Assembly: GCA_963792415.1 (NCBI GenBank)
Contig: CAWBVY010000006.1
Coordinates: forward strand, 544,001 to 608,000
Source: Candidatus Deferrimicrobiaceae bacterium
Lineage (GTDB): Bacteria; Desulfobacterota; Deferrimicrobia; Deferrimicrobiales; Deferrimicrobiaceae
Direction of reading: 5' to 3'
Length of the DNA: 64,000 nt
The first letter of the stretch is position 1. The number at the start of each line of letters is the position of its first letter. Shown in pieces: positions 39,295 to 49,528 of the stretch. Made by a program: the position numbers and the translations under genes. The notes under the pieces are model-generated. The model did not search any database and was not told the DNA's origin. It saw only the letters and a list, made by a program, of their open reading frames with translations.

Positions 39295-42200
39295 CTACTT
39301 CACGCCGTCCCCGGCAATCTTCCGGACCTTCTGTTTTATGACCGCCCTCATTCTCCCCGTGGTAACCACGAGATCGGGGAATGAATTCCCTTGCGTCCTG
39401 GCCAGGTCCGCCTCCTTCCTGTAGACCTCCTCCAGGCCCGCGTTCACGTCATCGACGAAGTTTCCGATGATCACGTCCATTTCCCCAGGCTGCGCGTCGA
39501 AATATCTTTGCCCGTAGATGATCTTGGCCCGGTTGTCGGCAAAGACAACTACGGCCCGCTCCGGACCAATTCGCATAGTAACCGATGAGATTTCCAGGAC
39601 GGCCTTCTCCCCGTCCCCCTTTCTCAATGCAAACGACTTCTCCTTAAGCAGTTTCGGGGCTCTTGCCAGTTCGTCCAGGTATTCCCGCTTCAGGAAGCGC
39701 GCCGGTGCATACCCCGGATCCGTTTCCTCCAGGCGTGCCAGCAACAGCCGGAATTCGGGCGTGTTGCTCCCCCCCCCGAGGTAGAGGGCATGCGCTCGAT
39801 CGTACACCTGCGCAACCTCCATACGGTGGTCCCAACGCGCCATCTGTTCACTTCGTTCCAACGCTCCCTTTGCAGGCAGGAGGTATGGGAACAGGTTCTC
39901 CCGGTATCTCGTCAAGGCGTATGCATTCCGTCCCATAAGGTTCTTCCCGACGGAGAAGGGAGCGGAAAATTCCAGGTACAGGTTGTCGTCCGTATTCACC
40001 GTGCCTTCCCGGCTGAATTCCGCCAACCCTTTCGTTCCGGCCACGAAATAGCTCAGGAGATTGGATGCCGATCCCATCTCGACGGCCTTCAGGTCTCCCG
40101 CGACGGCCGACGCGGAAATTCTGCGCTCCAGGTCCGCCTCGTCGATCCGGATCGGCTCGTTGCTTCCGATCAACTCCGCATCCCAATGGGTCGACCAGAG
40201 CATGGCGTACCGGAAATTTTTCATGAACGTCCTGACGACGCTTTTCAGGTCGTCGACGGTCAATTCGTAGAGCGGGAGCCACTGGCACATGATGCCGCCC
40301 GGAAGCAGCCTCGTCGCGGCAAGTCGATAGTACTCCGTCGTGTACAGGTACGCCGCCCCCTGCGCCCAGGGGTGTATCGGGTCCGCGGTGATCACATCGT
40401 ACTTTTCCGTGGTGGTGAGCAGGTCGTTCCGTCCGTCATTGTAGCGGATCGAGAGTTTCGGGCTGTCCAGGACATCGTGATTGAAGCGACGGAACGTTCT
40501 TGCCGCGGGGAGGACGTTGGCGCTCGATTTCGGCGAGGATGATCTTCTCGACTTCCGGGTGGACGGAAACCGCTCCGAGCGTCATTCCGGTCCCAAGCCC
40601 CAGGACCCAGACCTTCCCCGGGTTTCGGTGCAGCAGCACCGGCAGGTGCCCCAGGGCCATCTGGCACTGGATGTCCTGCTTTATGGAGGAGGCGACCGTT
40701 TTCCCGTTGACCAGCAACGCCTGGGGCGCCCCTTTCGGCTTGATCACGCTTATCGTCTCATTGATCCCTTCCCGGAAGAACAGCACGTCGGTGTTCTCCA
40801 TCGCGTCCTCGATCTCTCCCGGGCTGTCGAATGCCTCGCGCTGGTTGTTTCGGTAGATGGCGAAATATTTCGTGTCCCAGCCTTTCCAGCGGTCGGGATT
40901 GAGCGCGAGGGCGAGGAGTACCGCCGCGGTCACGGCCGCAGTCCCCCAGGTAGCCAGGGGTCGCTCCGCCGTGCTCGCGGCAATCAACAGGCCGGTCCCC
41001 ATGTTCAGTGCGACAAGGATCTGGAGAGACCGCTCGATTCCGAAGAGGTAGATCAGGACGAACCCGCTGACCGAGGCGCCGAGAATCGCCCCGATCGTAT
41101 TGTAGGTGAGAACCTCCCCCACCGAACTCCCCGCCGTGTTCCGGAAATTTGCGTGGATCGTCCCCGCCAGCGGAAAAGCGACCCCCATGAAGAACGCCGG
41201 GAGAAACATGTAGCAGAACGCCACCAGGATATTCGCAACCAGCCTCACCTCGAACACACTGATATCCGTTCCCAGAATCAGGTTCTGGATACGAATCGCC
41301 TCCGCCGGTAAATCCCGCAGGGTGTACGTCACCAGCAGGGCGGTGACCCCGATGAGGAACTGCACCAGCCCGAAGCCGGTGATGAACCTTCTGCCTCCTT
41401 CCCTGCCGCGCGCGATTTTCAGGAAGATGCCGCAGGCACCGCTGCCGGATGCGATCCCTGAAAGGAAGGCAGCCAGCATGATGGTAAAGCCGTACACCGA
41501 AGTTCCGATCACCATACTGAGGACCCGGGTCCAAAGCACCTCGTACCCCAGCGCACAGAACCCACTGATCCCGATTCCCCAGAGCACAAGCCGATAGGGG
41601 ATACGGCTCTTCGGTCCGTTAAACGCGAAGGTTTCGGGTTTCACGGCAACCCCCTTCTCCCACGGCGGGTGCGCAGCCTCCCTCGCAAGATGGGACGACA
41701 CCGTGTCCTGCAGGGCGATCGAGGAAAGACCGATTGCCAGGTTGATTCCGATTGCGACCGCAAGGGTACCGTTCACGCCCAGGTACGGGAGGAGGAGAAA
41801 CCCCGCCGCCAGGGTGCCCGCCACGGCGCCGATGGTGTTGATGCCATAGAGGAAGGAGAGACGCGCTCCCAGCCGCTCCGGCCCCGATGAAACCAGGCGC
41901 GCCAGCACAGGGAGCGTTCCACCCATCAGCGTGGCAGGCACAAGCATGGACGCAACTGCGAGCACGATCCGCAGGGAGGAAAGGTACACCGTGTTGTTCG
42001 CCCCCAACCGCGCGAGGGGTACATACACGTGAGGATACAGCTTCATCAGAAGAACGAAGAAAACCGCAAATACGGCGATCCCAACCTCCAGGAAACCGTA
42101 CAATCTCAGAGGCTTCGCGTGGTGCTCGACACGTTTTCCGAGGAGATGGCTTCCGAGCGCCAGTCCTCCCATGAACACGAATAGCACGGTCGATACCGCA

Positions 42201-42319
42201 AGGTGGGATGCGCCGAAGATGAGCGAAAAAGACCGGAACCAGACCACCTCGTAGATCAGGGCGACCGCGCCGGAGAGGAAGAACAGCGGGTAAATCAATG
42301 CGAATATCGGGCAGGACAT
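39295..42319 (-). CDS. Second membrane / spermidine-synthase-like fusion, split by an apparent 1-bp insertion near 40521
   Basis: TM blocks, VNGK, LGLGTG.T, AEIE | NVLPAARTF...NDGRN, YDVITADPIHPW, QWLPLYE once the frame is corrected. Confidence 0.85.
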
Positions 42320-42386
42320 TCCGAACCCGGATTATACCGCGCGGTGTTTTCCGATACGCTGGCCACCTCTCTTCGGTATTGGCCTG

Positions 42387-43298
42387 TTATCTGGCCGTGG
42401 AAAATATCTGTATCCTGTTATTATCCCTGTCCGCGACGAAGACTTCGCCTTTGTCGTTGACGCACACCTGGCATGGATAGCGGAGTTGCCCCTCTTTCCA
42501 CCCCATGGTCAACTGCTCTCCCTTTAAGGAACCGTCCTGACCGACGATATATATATTGCCGCCGTTTTTATCCGCAAGATAGATGTTCCCGTGCGCATCG
42601 GTGGTGATCGTGGCAGGGAATTTCATCACTTCTTTCATGGATTCCGTCAGAGGGGAAAATTTTCCCGATCCTTTCGCCGCGACATACACCATTGCCTTGA
42701 CGCTGTCGACCAGGAACACATTTTCCTTCCCGTCGACCGCCAGATCGGAAATCACTTCATAACCTGCCGGAAAATCAATGGATTTTAAAAATTTCCCCTC
42801 TGGACTCAGGATCATCACCCTGGCCCCAAAGACGTCGAGAAGGTAAATGGAGTCGTCCTTGCCGATGTCGAAACTTCTAGGGACGACGGTTGAGGGGGGA
42901 GGAGAACCCGCGGGATCCAGCCGCCCCAGGTACTCTCCGGCCGGACTGAATCGAACGATTCGTTTCTGGCGGCCGTCAAGGACAAAGATCTCGCCTTTCG
43001 AATTGGATTGAACCCGCACCGGGAACGACAATTCGGGCGCCCTGATTTCCTTGTCGGGCATCGCATTCCCATTGATCAAGGTAAATTGAACGAGACGCCC
43101 GTTTCCCGAATCCGCCACGAGGATGTGGCCTTTCCCGTCGCAACCTACCCCCTCGGGAGAACGGAATCCCGCTTCCTTGCCGTCGGCATAGACGGACTGG
43201 AAATGCCTCAACTTCAACGCCTCCGCGCCGAAGGACACCTTCGCCAACAACAGCATCGCGACAATGGAGACGATGATTCTCACCAAGGGATTTCCCAT
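42387..43298 (-). CDS. Secreted NHL-repeat beta-propeller
   Basis: Signal peptide; P.G...D..G.I.VAD.GN.R repeats; VADRDNNRIQIF. Confidence 0.88.
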   Translation of the reverse strand: MGNPLVRIIVSIVAMLLLAKVSFGAEALKLRHFQSVYADGKEAGFRSPEGVGCDGKGHILVADSGNGRLVQFTLINGNAMPDKEIRAPELSFPVRVQSNSKGEIFVLDGRQKRIVRFSPAGEYLGRLDPAGSPPPSTVVPRSFDIGKDDSIYLLDVFGARVMILSPEGKFLKSIDFPAGYEVISDLAVDGKENVFLVDSVKAMVYVAAKGSGKFSPLTESMKEVMKFPATITTDAHGNIYLADKNGGNIYIVGQDGSLKGEQLTMGWKEGQLRYPCQVCVNDKGEVFVADRDNNRIQIFSTAR

Positions 43299-43311
43299 CG
43301 AATCACCTCGT

Positions 43312-44568
43312 TTACTGTTTATGACACTGTGTGCACAGGTCCGTGGATGTTGTGAAGGGAACCATCTTCTTGTACGGCGTCCCGTGCGATCGGTGACAAC
43401 TCATGCAATCCACGCTCAAGTTCTTGTTGCGCATATCGCGAACTTTCTCTCCGACGGGGTGCGAAGAATGCTTCCCCCAATTATGGCAACTGCCGCATAG
43501 ATCGTTGACCGAAGGATTCGTCATCAACAGGGGGACATCGGACGCGTGCGGGGAATGGCATGCCGTGCACTCCCCTTTCGCGACGGGCTCATGCTTCGTG
43601 AGGGACGTTGCCTGCCGTTTGATCGTATCGGCGTGACAAGCGCCGCATACGGAAATCATGGGCCCCTTCAGCAGCGCCGCCTCCGAGGACGCATGAGGGG
43701 CATGGCATGCAAGGCAACTGCCCTTGCCGACCAACGCCCAGTGCAACTGGTTCTTCCCGAAGGTTTCGTTGACCATTTTCGAGTGGCATCCCCGGCACAA
43801 TTCATACCCTGTTTTAATGAGCTTGAACGGGGTCGGGGAGGACGGGGATTCATGGCACTGATTGCACATTTTGCTCAGGACAGGACGGTGGACATTCGCG
43901 TACATGATGGCGGCCTTTTCCGACCCGTGGGGGTTGTGGCAGGAAGTACACCGAGCCTTCGCAACCGGGTAACCGCTGTGCTGCCGAATAAACGCGGGTT
44001 TGTCCACCTTGTGGCATTTTGTGCACAATTCGGGCACATCGGTTTTCAGAAGATGCCCGAATTTTTCGGACGCGTGCGGGTCGTGGCAGTTGAGGCACCC
44101 CTTCTCCACGGGCGAGTGTTTGAACTTCGCCTTCGTCACCGCCTGCCCGAGATCCTTGTGACACCCGAAGCAGAGTTCGTTCCCCGCCTTCACGAGGTTC
44201 CCCTTGTTGCCCGCCGCGTGGGGATCGTGGCAACTTGTGCATTTGCCATCGACGACGACCTTGTGCGTGCTCTTCGCTTTTTTCCGCGCAATCCCCTCAT
44301 GGCAGCGGAGGCAGATCCTGGAGGGATCGGCCTCCAGCAATTTTCCGTGGGAGGAAGTGTGGGGATTGTGGCAGCCGGAACAGTCTCCCTTTTTTACAGG
44401 CGTATGAAGGAACGGTCGCTTGAGCTTGTCCTGGAAGTCCACGTGGCAGTTCACGCAGATCTTCCCTTTCGCCCCGGGTTTGAGACGGTAGACGTCGGCC
44501 GGGAACGCCGTGGCGGCGGAAAAAAGGACAAGGAGAAAAAATATCCCAAGAGATACCCTGTACCGCAT
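43312..44568 (-). CDS. Periplasmic 16-heme c-type cytochrome (doubled-CXXCH type)
   Basis: Signal peptide; 16 CxxCH motifs counted; CxxCH-x-PH pattern. Confidence 0.93.
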   Translation of the reverse strand: MRYRVSLGIFFLLVLFSAATAFPADVYRLKPGAKGKICVNCHVDFQDKLKRPFLHTPVKKGDCSGCHNPHTSSHGKLLEADPSRICLRCHEGIARKKAKSTHKVVVDGKCTSCHDPHAAGNKGNLVKAGNELCFGCHKDLGQAVTKAKFKHSPVEKGCLNCHDPHASEKFGHLLKTDVPELCTKCHKVDKPAFIRQHSGYPVAKARCTSCHNPHGSEKAAIMYANVHRPVLSKMCNQCHESPSSPTPFKLIKTGYELCRGCHSKMVNETFGKNQLHWALVGKGSCLACHAPHASSEAALLKGPMISVCGACHADTIKRQATSLTKHEPVAKGECTACHSPHASDVPLLMTNPSVNDLCGSCHNWGKHSSHPVGEKVRDMRNKNLSVDCMSCHRSHGTPYKKMVPFTTSTDLCTQCHKQ

Positions 44569-44585
44569 GGTCGCAGCCTCTCCCT

Positions 44586-46559
44586 TCACTGTTTTTCCCC
44601 GGCGACATGACACTCCCCGCAGGAGCGTGACGCAAACGGCGGGTGCGTGACCTCTTTGAAGAACTTCGGGTCCGTCGATGCATGAGGGGTATGGCAGCTC
44701 ACGCAGTGCATGGCGCTTGCCTCGATGGAGAAGTGGGCTTTCCGGAACGGCCCCCCTTTGAGATCGTGGCACTCCCCGCACAGTGTGAGGACAGGTGTCG
44801 TGAGCAGGGGGGATTCCGGGGAAACGTGGGGCTTGTGGCACCGCAGGCAATCCCTGCGCGCCGGCGAATGCACCTTCTCCCGGTCGAACCTCGCCTTCAG
44901 ATCCTTGTGACAGGTCAGGCACATGTCCGGGCTGCTTGCCAGCAGGAGCTTCTCAAGTTTCGCCTTGTGCGGGCTGTGGCACTTCGTGCACTCCCCTTTC
45001 AGAACCGGAGCGTGCCTGCTCTTGCCCTCCTTGATCCCTTTTTCCAGTTCGGAATGACACTCGGCACAAACCTTGTCCTGCGATTTGACGATCATCCCGG
45101 CGACATTGCTCCCGTGGGCGTCGTGGCAGGCAAGGCACTCCCCTCCCGCAAAGGGGTCGTGGCTCGACCCGCCCTCCGCCTTCTTCATCAGGTCGCCGTG
45201 GCAGTTGGAACAGAGTGCCGGAGGGACCGCTTTCAGGAGATTCTTCTCCTCGGACCCGTGGACGTTATGGCAGGCGTTGCACTGCGCATTGGCGACCGGC
45301 TTGTGCGTGTTCGCCTTGACGAATTTCCCCTCCGCTTCCGCGTGACAGGAGTAGCAGACCTCGTCCATCCGGGCCCGGAACATCCCCTCGAAATTCGAAC
45401 CGTGGGGATTGTGGCAGGACGTGCAGGAATCTTCCATGAAGGGGTCGTGTCGGACCTTCGCGGTCTTGGCCGCCTTTGCCTTCGCGTGGCAGGAATAGCA
45501 GAGGTCCCCTTCCTTCGACAACAGGAGCTTCGGGTTTTTTGCAGCATGGGGACGATGACAGGAGAGGCATCCCTTCCCCCCGGTGGCGGCTGCGTGGGGT
45601 TTTGCCACCTTCTCCCCTTTTCCCTTGTGGCATCCGATGCAGAGCTGGTTCCCCTCCCCGGAAAGGAGGGCCGGATTCTCCGAACCGTGGGGATTGTGGC
45701 AGGAAAGACACGCCCCCTTCCTGAAGGGCTCGTGCTCCACCCCGCCCGCCTTCAGTCCCTTCTCGTCATGGCACTGGTAGCAGAGAGTGCTCCCCTTCTC
45801 CGTGGTTCCGAACGGCTTCGGAGAGGCGGCCGGGTTGTGGCAATCGCCGCAGCCTGCGTCGGCGACGGGTTTATGGGAACTCGTTTTCAGTAGTTTCGGT
45901 TGCGCAGAAGCATGGGGGTTGTGGCACAGGGAGCACGAGGACGTTTCCACAGGATAGCCGCCGTGCGCCTTCTTGAACGCCCCTTTCCCCGGATCGTGAC
46001 AGGAGATACAGAGAGGGATTGCCGCCTTGACCAGCAGGTTCTTTTCGTCGGAAGCGTGGGAGAGGTGGCATGCCTTGCATCCGCCCGTGGTCAAGACTTT
46101 GTGGACGGTTTTCTTTTCGTAGCTTTCCTTATTGTGGCACTGGTAGCAGAGTTCGGGACCTTCCCCCTTCAGGAGGTGGCTTGCCTGGGAGGCATGCGGG
46201 TTATGGCACGTGGTGCATTTCCCCTGCGTCAATACGGTGTGAACGTTGGCCTTGTTCACCCCGATTTTCTCCTTGCTGTGACAGGCGTAGCAGACCTCGT
46301 TGCCGTCTTTCTTGAGGAGCAGCCTCGGAACGACCCCGTGGCGGATATGGCACTCCTCGCATTTCTTCTCCTTGGTCACGGTGTGCACGTATTTCATCGG
46401 GAAATATTGATCGGCGAATTTCTTATGGCAGTCGAGACACTCCTTCTTCGTGAAGGACTGCCTCACGACCGTGGGCCCGCAGGCCAGGAAGAGCGCCCCG
46501 CACAGAAGGAATGCCGCCGCGATGAGAAAGGCCTTTTCCTTTGCGCACACCGTTTTCAT
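44586..46559 (-). CDS. 26-heme c-type cytochrome, probable lipoprotein
   Basis: FLAC lipobox-like site; 26 CxxCH motifs counted. Confidence 0.93.
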   Translation of the reverse strand: MKTVCAKEKAFLIAAAFLLCGALFLACGPTVVRQSFTKKECLDCHKKFADQYFPMKYVHTVTKEKKCEECHIRHGVVPRLLLKKDGNEVCYACHSKEKIGVNKANVHTVLTQGKCTTCHNPHASQASHLLKGEGPELCYQCHNKESYEKKTVHKVLTTGGCKACHLSHASDEKNLLVKAAIPLCISCHDPGKGAFKKAHGGYPVETSSCSLCHNPHASAQPKLLKTSSHKPVADAGCGDCHNPAASPKPFGTTEKGSTLCYQCHDEKGLKAGGVEHEPFRKGACLSCHNPHGSENPALLSGEGNQLCIGCHKGKGEKVAKPHAAATGGKGCLSCHRPHAAKNPKLLLSKEGDLCYSCHAKAKAAKTAKVRHDPFMEDSCTSCHNPHGSNFEGMFRARMDEVCYSCHAEAEGKFVKANTHKPVANAQCNACHNVHGSEEKNLLKAVPPALCSNCHGDLMKKAEGGSSHDPFAGGECLACHDAHGSNVAGMIVKSQDKVCAECHSELEKGIKEGKSRHAPVLKGECTKCHSPHKAKLEKLLLASSPDMCLTCHKDLKARFDREKVHSPARRDCLRCHKPHVSPESPLLTTPVLTLCGECHDLKGGPFRKAHFSIEASAMHCVSCHTPHASTDPKFFKEVTHPPFASRSCGECHVAGEKQ

Positions 46560-46679
46560 GTCTGCTCCCGCCAGGAGATATCGAGGGTGATGACGGCAAG
46601 TTCGGACAATATCGATAACGCATACCGTATACTAGTTTCGGGTTCCGGGGTCAATTTCAAAATGCGAGGCATCGGCAGT

Positions 46680-48341
46680 CTATGACCCCGGTGATTTCAG
46701 GAAGATCTTGACAGGATACGTCTCCCTGAGCTTCGCGGCGTACTCCTCCACCTCCCGCTTCGTTTTCTCACCGGCGACCTTCCCCGCGATCTCCTCCCTT
46801 ACCTTCTCATAGGGCTGCGGCTTCGGTGAGAAGACCTCCCGCAAGGACAGGGCATAGAAGTAACCCTCCGGGCTTTCATAGAGCCTGAACTCCCCCGGCT
46901 TCGCCCCGGAAACGACCTTCTGGAGATCCCCCGGCAAGGCGTCCACAGCCACGAGGTTTCCTTCAAACTTCAACAGTTTCTCCTCTTTGTCCGCCACAAG
47001 TCCTTCCGCGTTCGCGCCGAGCCAGGAAAAGTCCGTGCCCCCACGGAGTTTTCGAATCGCCTCTTCCGCAAGGTCTTTCCTTGAAAAAACGAGACTGTTG
47101 ATCCTCATCATCTCGGGGGAGGAGAATTCCGCGATATGCTTTTCGTAATAAGACGTTAAATCCCCTTCCTCCAGTCGGATCCCCGGGCGGATGACCTTCT
47201 GTAGGAATACCCCGAAAAGGACCGAGTTCCGGTACTCCCCGACCATCTCCTTGTACGCCTCGGACTTGTCGATCCCTTGCCGAAGCGCCTCCGCGCGGAC
47301 GGCGCGCCTGTCGAGGATCGGATCGAGAACATCGAACTTTCTGTTGTTGATCCGTTTTTTCGCCGCGGCCATTTCCGTCCCGTGGAAATATTTCTTCCGG
47401 ATCGCCTCGCTCAACTCCCCCACGGTAACCGGTTCGCCCCCCTTGATCTCGGCGACCACGCGCCGGTCGTTCAGCAGCGCCTCGAACCCGGGGGTTTCCG
47501 CCTCGTAATCCAGACCGTCAAGGACCTCTTGGTTCACGTTCACATATTCCTTCCTCAAGTCGGCAATGAACTGGAATTTTACTTCGGTCTCCCTGGATTT
47601 CAAGGCGGTAACCTGTGCCCGCTCCCTCGCGCCCGCATCTTCCGGGAAACGGATTTCCTCCAGTTTCAGGATGACGAATCCCGGCTTACTCCTGATGATG
47701 GGGCTCATGGCGCCGACTTCCATTCGCGATACCGCTTTCCTTATCTCCGGAAGGAGTTGTTCCTGTTTCAGATACTCTCCTTCCCCTGCCCCCTTCGCGA
47801 TCCCTTCCGCGGTCGCTCTCTTCACGATCACATTGAAGTCCTGTCCCGACTTGATCTCCGCCTCGATCCGTTTCGCATCCTCCTCTTTTCCGAACACCAG
47901 AGACAGCAACTTGTATTCCTTCACGGACTCCTTGTAAATCCTGTCCGCTTCGTTTTCATCCGCGCGGACCCCCTTTGTCTGCTGCATCAGCAACACCGCC
48001 ATCAGAGCGCCGCGGGAGTAACTGTCCACACTTTCCTTGACCTCCGGCAATTCGTCGAGTCCGATATTTCTGGCCTCCAGGAGGATAAGCCGGATGTTGA
48101 TCAAACGATTCAGGATCTCCGTATAATCCACTTTTCCGACCCGTTTACCCGCGGCCATCTCGGCATGCCCCATCCCGAGCGCCTGGTTCAACTCCTCCAC
48201 CGTGATCGGGTCCCCGTTGACCGTGGCGACGGCCTCTTTCCCGCCGATCCGGGGGAGCGGCGGTTCCCCGGCGAACCCGGTAGCCGCCATCAGGAGAAAT
48301 GTCGCGATTAGAATGTTGATCGTCTTGAATACCCGTCTCAT
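46680..48341 (-). CDS. SurA/PpiC-type periplasmic chaperone with two parvulin-like modules (OscH-like)
   Basis: Signal peptide; VATVNGDPIT..EL and a repeated VAEIKG.PVTV.EL; EA..I...I..G.DF; degenerate rotamase segments. Confidence 0.8.
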   Translation of the reverse strand: MRRVFKTINILIATFLLMAATGFAGEPPLPRIGGKEAVATVNGDPITVEELNQALGMGHAEMAAGKRVGKVDYTEILNRLINIRLILLEARNIGLDELPEVKESVDSYSRGALMAVLLMQQTKGVRADENEADRIYKESVKEYKLLSLVFGKEEDAKRIEAEIKSGQDFNVIVKRATAEGIAKGAGEGEYLKQEQLLPEIRKAVSRMEVGAMSPIIRSKPGFVILKLEEIRFPEDAGARERAQVTALKSRETEVKFQFIADLRKEYVNVNQEVLDGLDYEAETPGFEALLNDRRVVAEIKGGEPVTVGELSEAIRKKYFHGTEMAAAKKRINNRKFDVLDPILDRRAVRAEALRQGIDKSEAYKEMVGEYRNSVLFGVFLQKVIRPGIRLEEGDLTSYYEKHIAEFSSPEMMRINSLVFSRKDLAEEAIRKLRGGTDFSWLGANAEGLVADKEEKLLKFEGNLVAVDALPGDLQKVVSGAKPGEFRLYESPEGYFYALSLREVFSPKPQPYEKVREEIAGKVAGEKTKREVEEYAAKLRETYPVKIFLKSPGS

Positions 48342-48379
48342 GCCCTTCCTTTCTTTACCCGGAAATTGGAATCCCGTTC

Positions 48380-49528
48380 TCACTTCCACATCATTCCTCT
48401 CACGATCCGCGACATCTCGGAGGCCATCGCATTTGCCGTACGCTCCCTGCCCATGTCGAAGAACCAGACGCCGTCCGTCCCCCGGTTGTAACTCTTGGAG
48501 GACCACCCCACCTCCCGCCCCTTTCTCTCCATCACCTCCAGGGAGAAATCGACGACGGGAGCGCCGTCGGCGCCCTGATAATCCTGGTAATCCATCACCT
48601 TTCCCGTGACAAGCAGGTCCGCGTTCAACGCGTTCCAGGCAATGTCGGCCTGCGCAAGGGAGATGCCGTCCTCCATGATGATCCGAAGGGCCAGAAGCTC
48701 CTTCCGCACGACCCCGGGCTCGATGACCTCGATGTTCCCCACCTTCGTCATCTCCCGAACAAGGTGCAGCTGCATGATCTCCCCCGCATACTTCCTGAGG
48801 CTCTCATTGAAGAAGGGGATGACCGCCACGGTATGCCGGGCCCGGGGGTCGAATGCTGGAGAGCGGTAGATTATTTTCGGGCGGAACTTCTTCCTCTTCT
48901 CCTCCGCGGAATCCCTGCCCCCCTTTTCCGACAGGCTTCCCGCAAGGGAGACCGAAAGGGAGCGCAGCGCCTTGTCCCGGAGGACGACGGGATTCTCGAT
49001 CAGGCCGAGATCCAGGATCCCCGGAGCGTCGTCCCCCGCGAGCCCCACGCTGTCCATCCACAAAATGACCGGGGACTCCTCTGTCGAAACCAACCGTGAG
49101 GTCAAGGCGATCTTGGGTGGAATCGTGTCATTGTAGAGCTCCAGCGAGGTGATGAGGACGGATGCGGACCCCGTCTCTTCTCTGATGGCCTTGGCCGTGG
49201 CCCCGTCGATCCCGCCGATGTACCGTAAACGGCGCCTTGCCATGAATTTCTCGAGGAGTTCCTCTTCAAGGACGTTGAAGCCCCGCGCCTGCAGACCCTC
49301 GATCAACGCCTTACGGATATCCCTCAGGGGGGCGGCGGATCCGCTCAGGTTTTCCACCGGCAGTATGGCGATCGGATGGGTATAAATCGATTTGTTGGAA
49401 ATATTCTGCGGGAGCGTTGACGGCGCCTCCGACACTCCTTTCCTGGTCGCGGAGCACCCCGAAAGGAAAACCAGGCCAGTCACCAATATGAGGATCGTCC
49501 TATTTGTAAAGCTTGTTGATGAGGTCAA
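48380..49528 (-). CDS. Lipoprotein with two CsgG/GNA1162-like domains (OscG-like)
   Basis: Lipobox LSGC; IAILPVENLS and VAVIPFFNES duplicated domains. Confidence 0.75.
   Translation of the reverse strand: MTSSTSFTNRTILILVTGLVFLSGCSATRKGVSEAPSTLPQNISNKSIYTHPIAILPVENLSGSAAPLRDIRKALIEGLQARGFNVLEEELLEKFMARRRLRYIGGIDGATAKAIREETGSASVLITSLELYNDTIPPKIALTSRLVSTEESPVILWMDSVGLAGDDAPGILDLGLIENPVVLRDKALRSLSVSLAGSLSEKGGRDSAEEKRKKFRPKIIYRSPAFDPRARHTVAVIPFFNESLRKYAGEIMQLHLVREMTKVGNIEVIEPGVVRKELLALRIIMEDGISLAQADIAWNALNADLLVTGKVMDYQDYQGADGAPVVDFSLEVMERKGREVGWSSKSYNRGTDGVWFFDMGRERTANAMASEMSRIVRGMMWK

Noticed and set aside
43312-46559. Calling the large cytochromes MtrA/DmsE
   Set aside because: Heme counts (16 and 26) and context differ from decaheme MtrA with MtrB; they fit the omcS-companion cytochromes better
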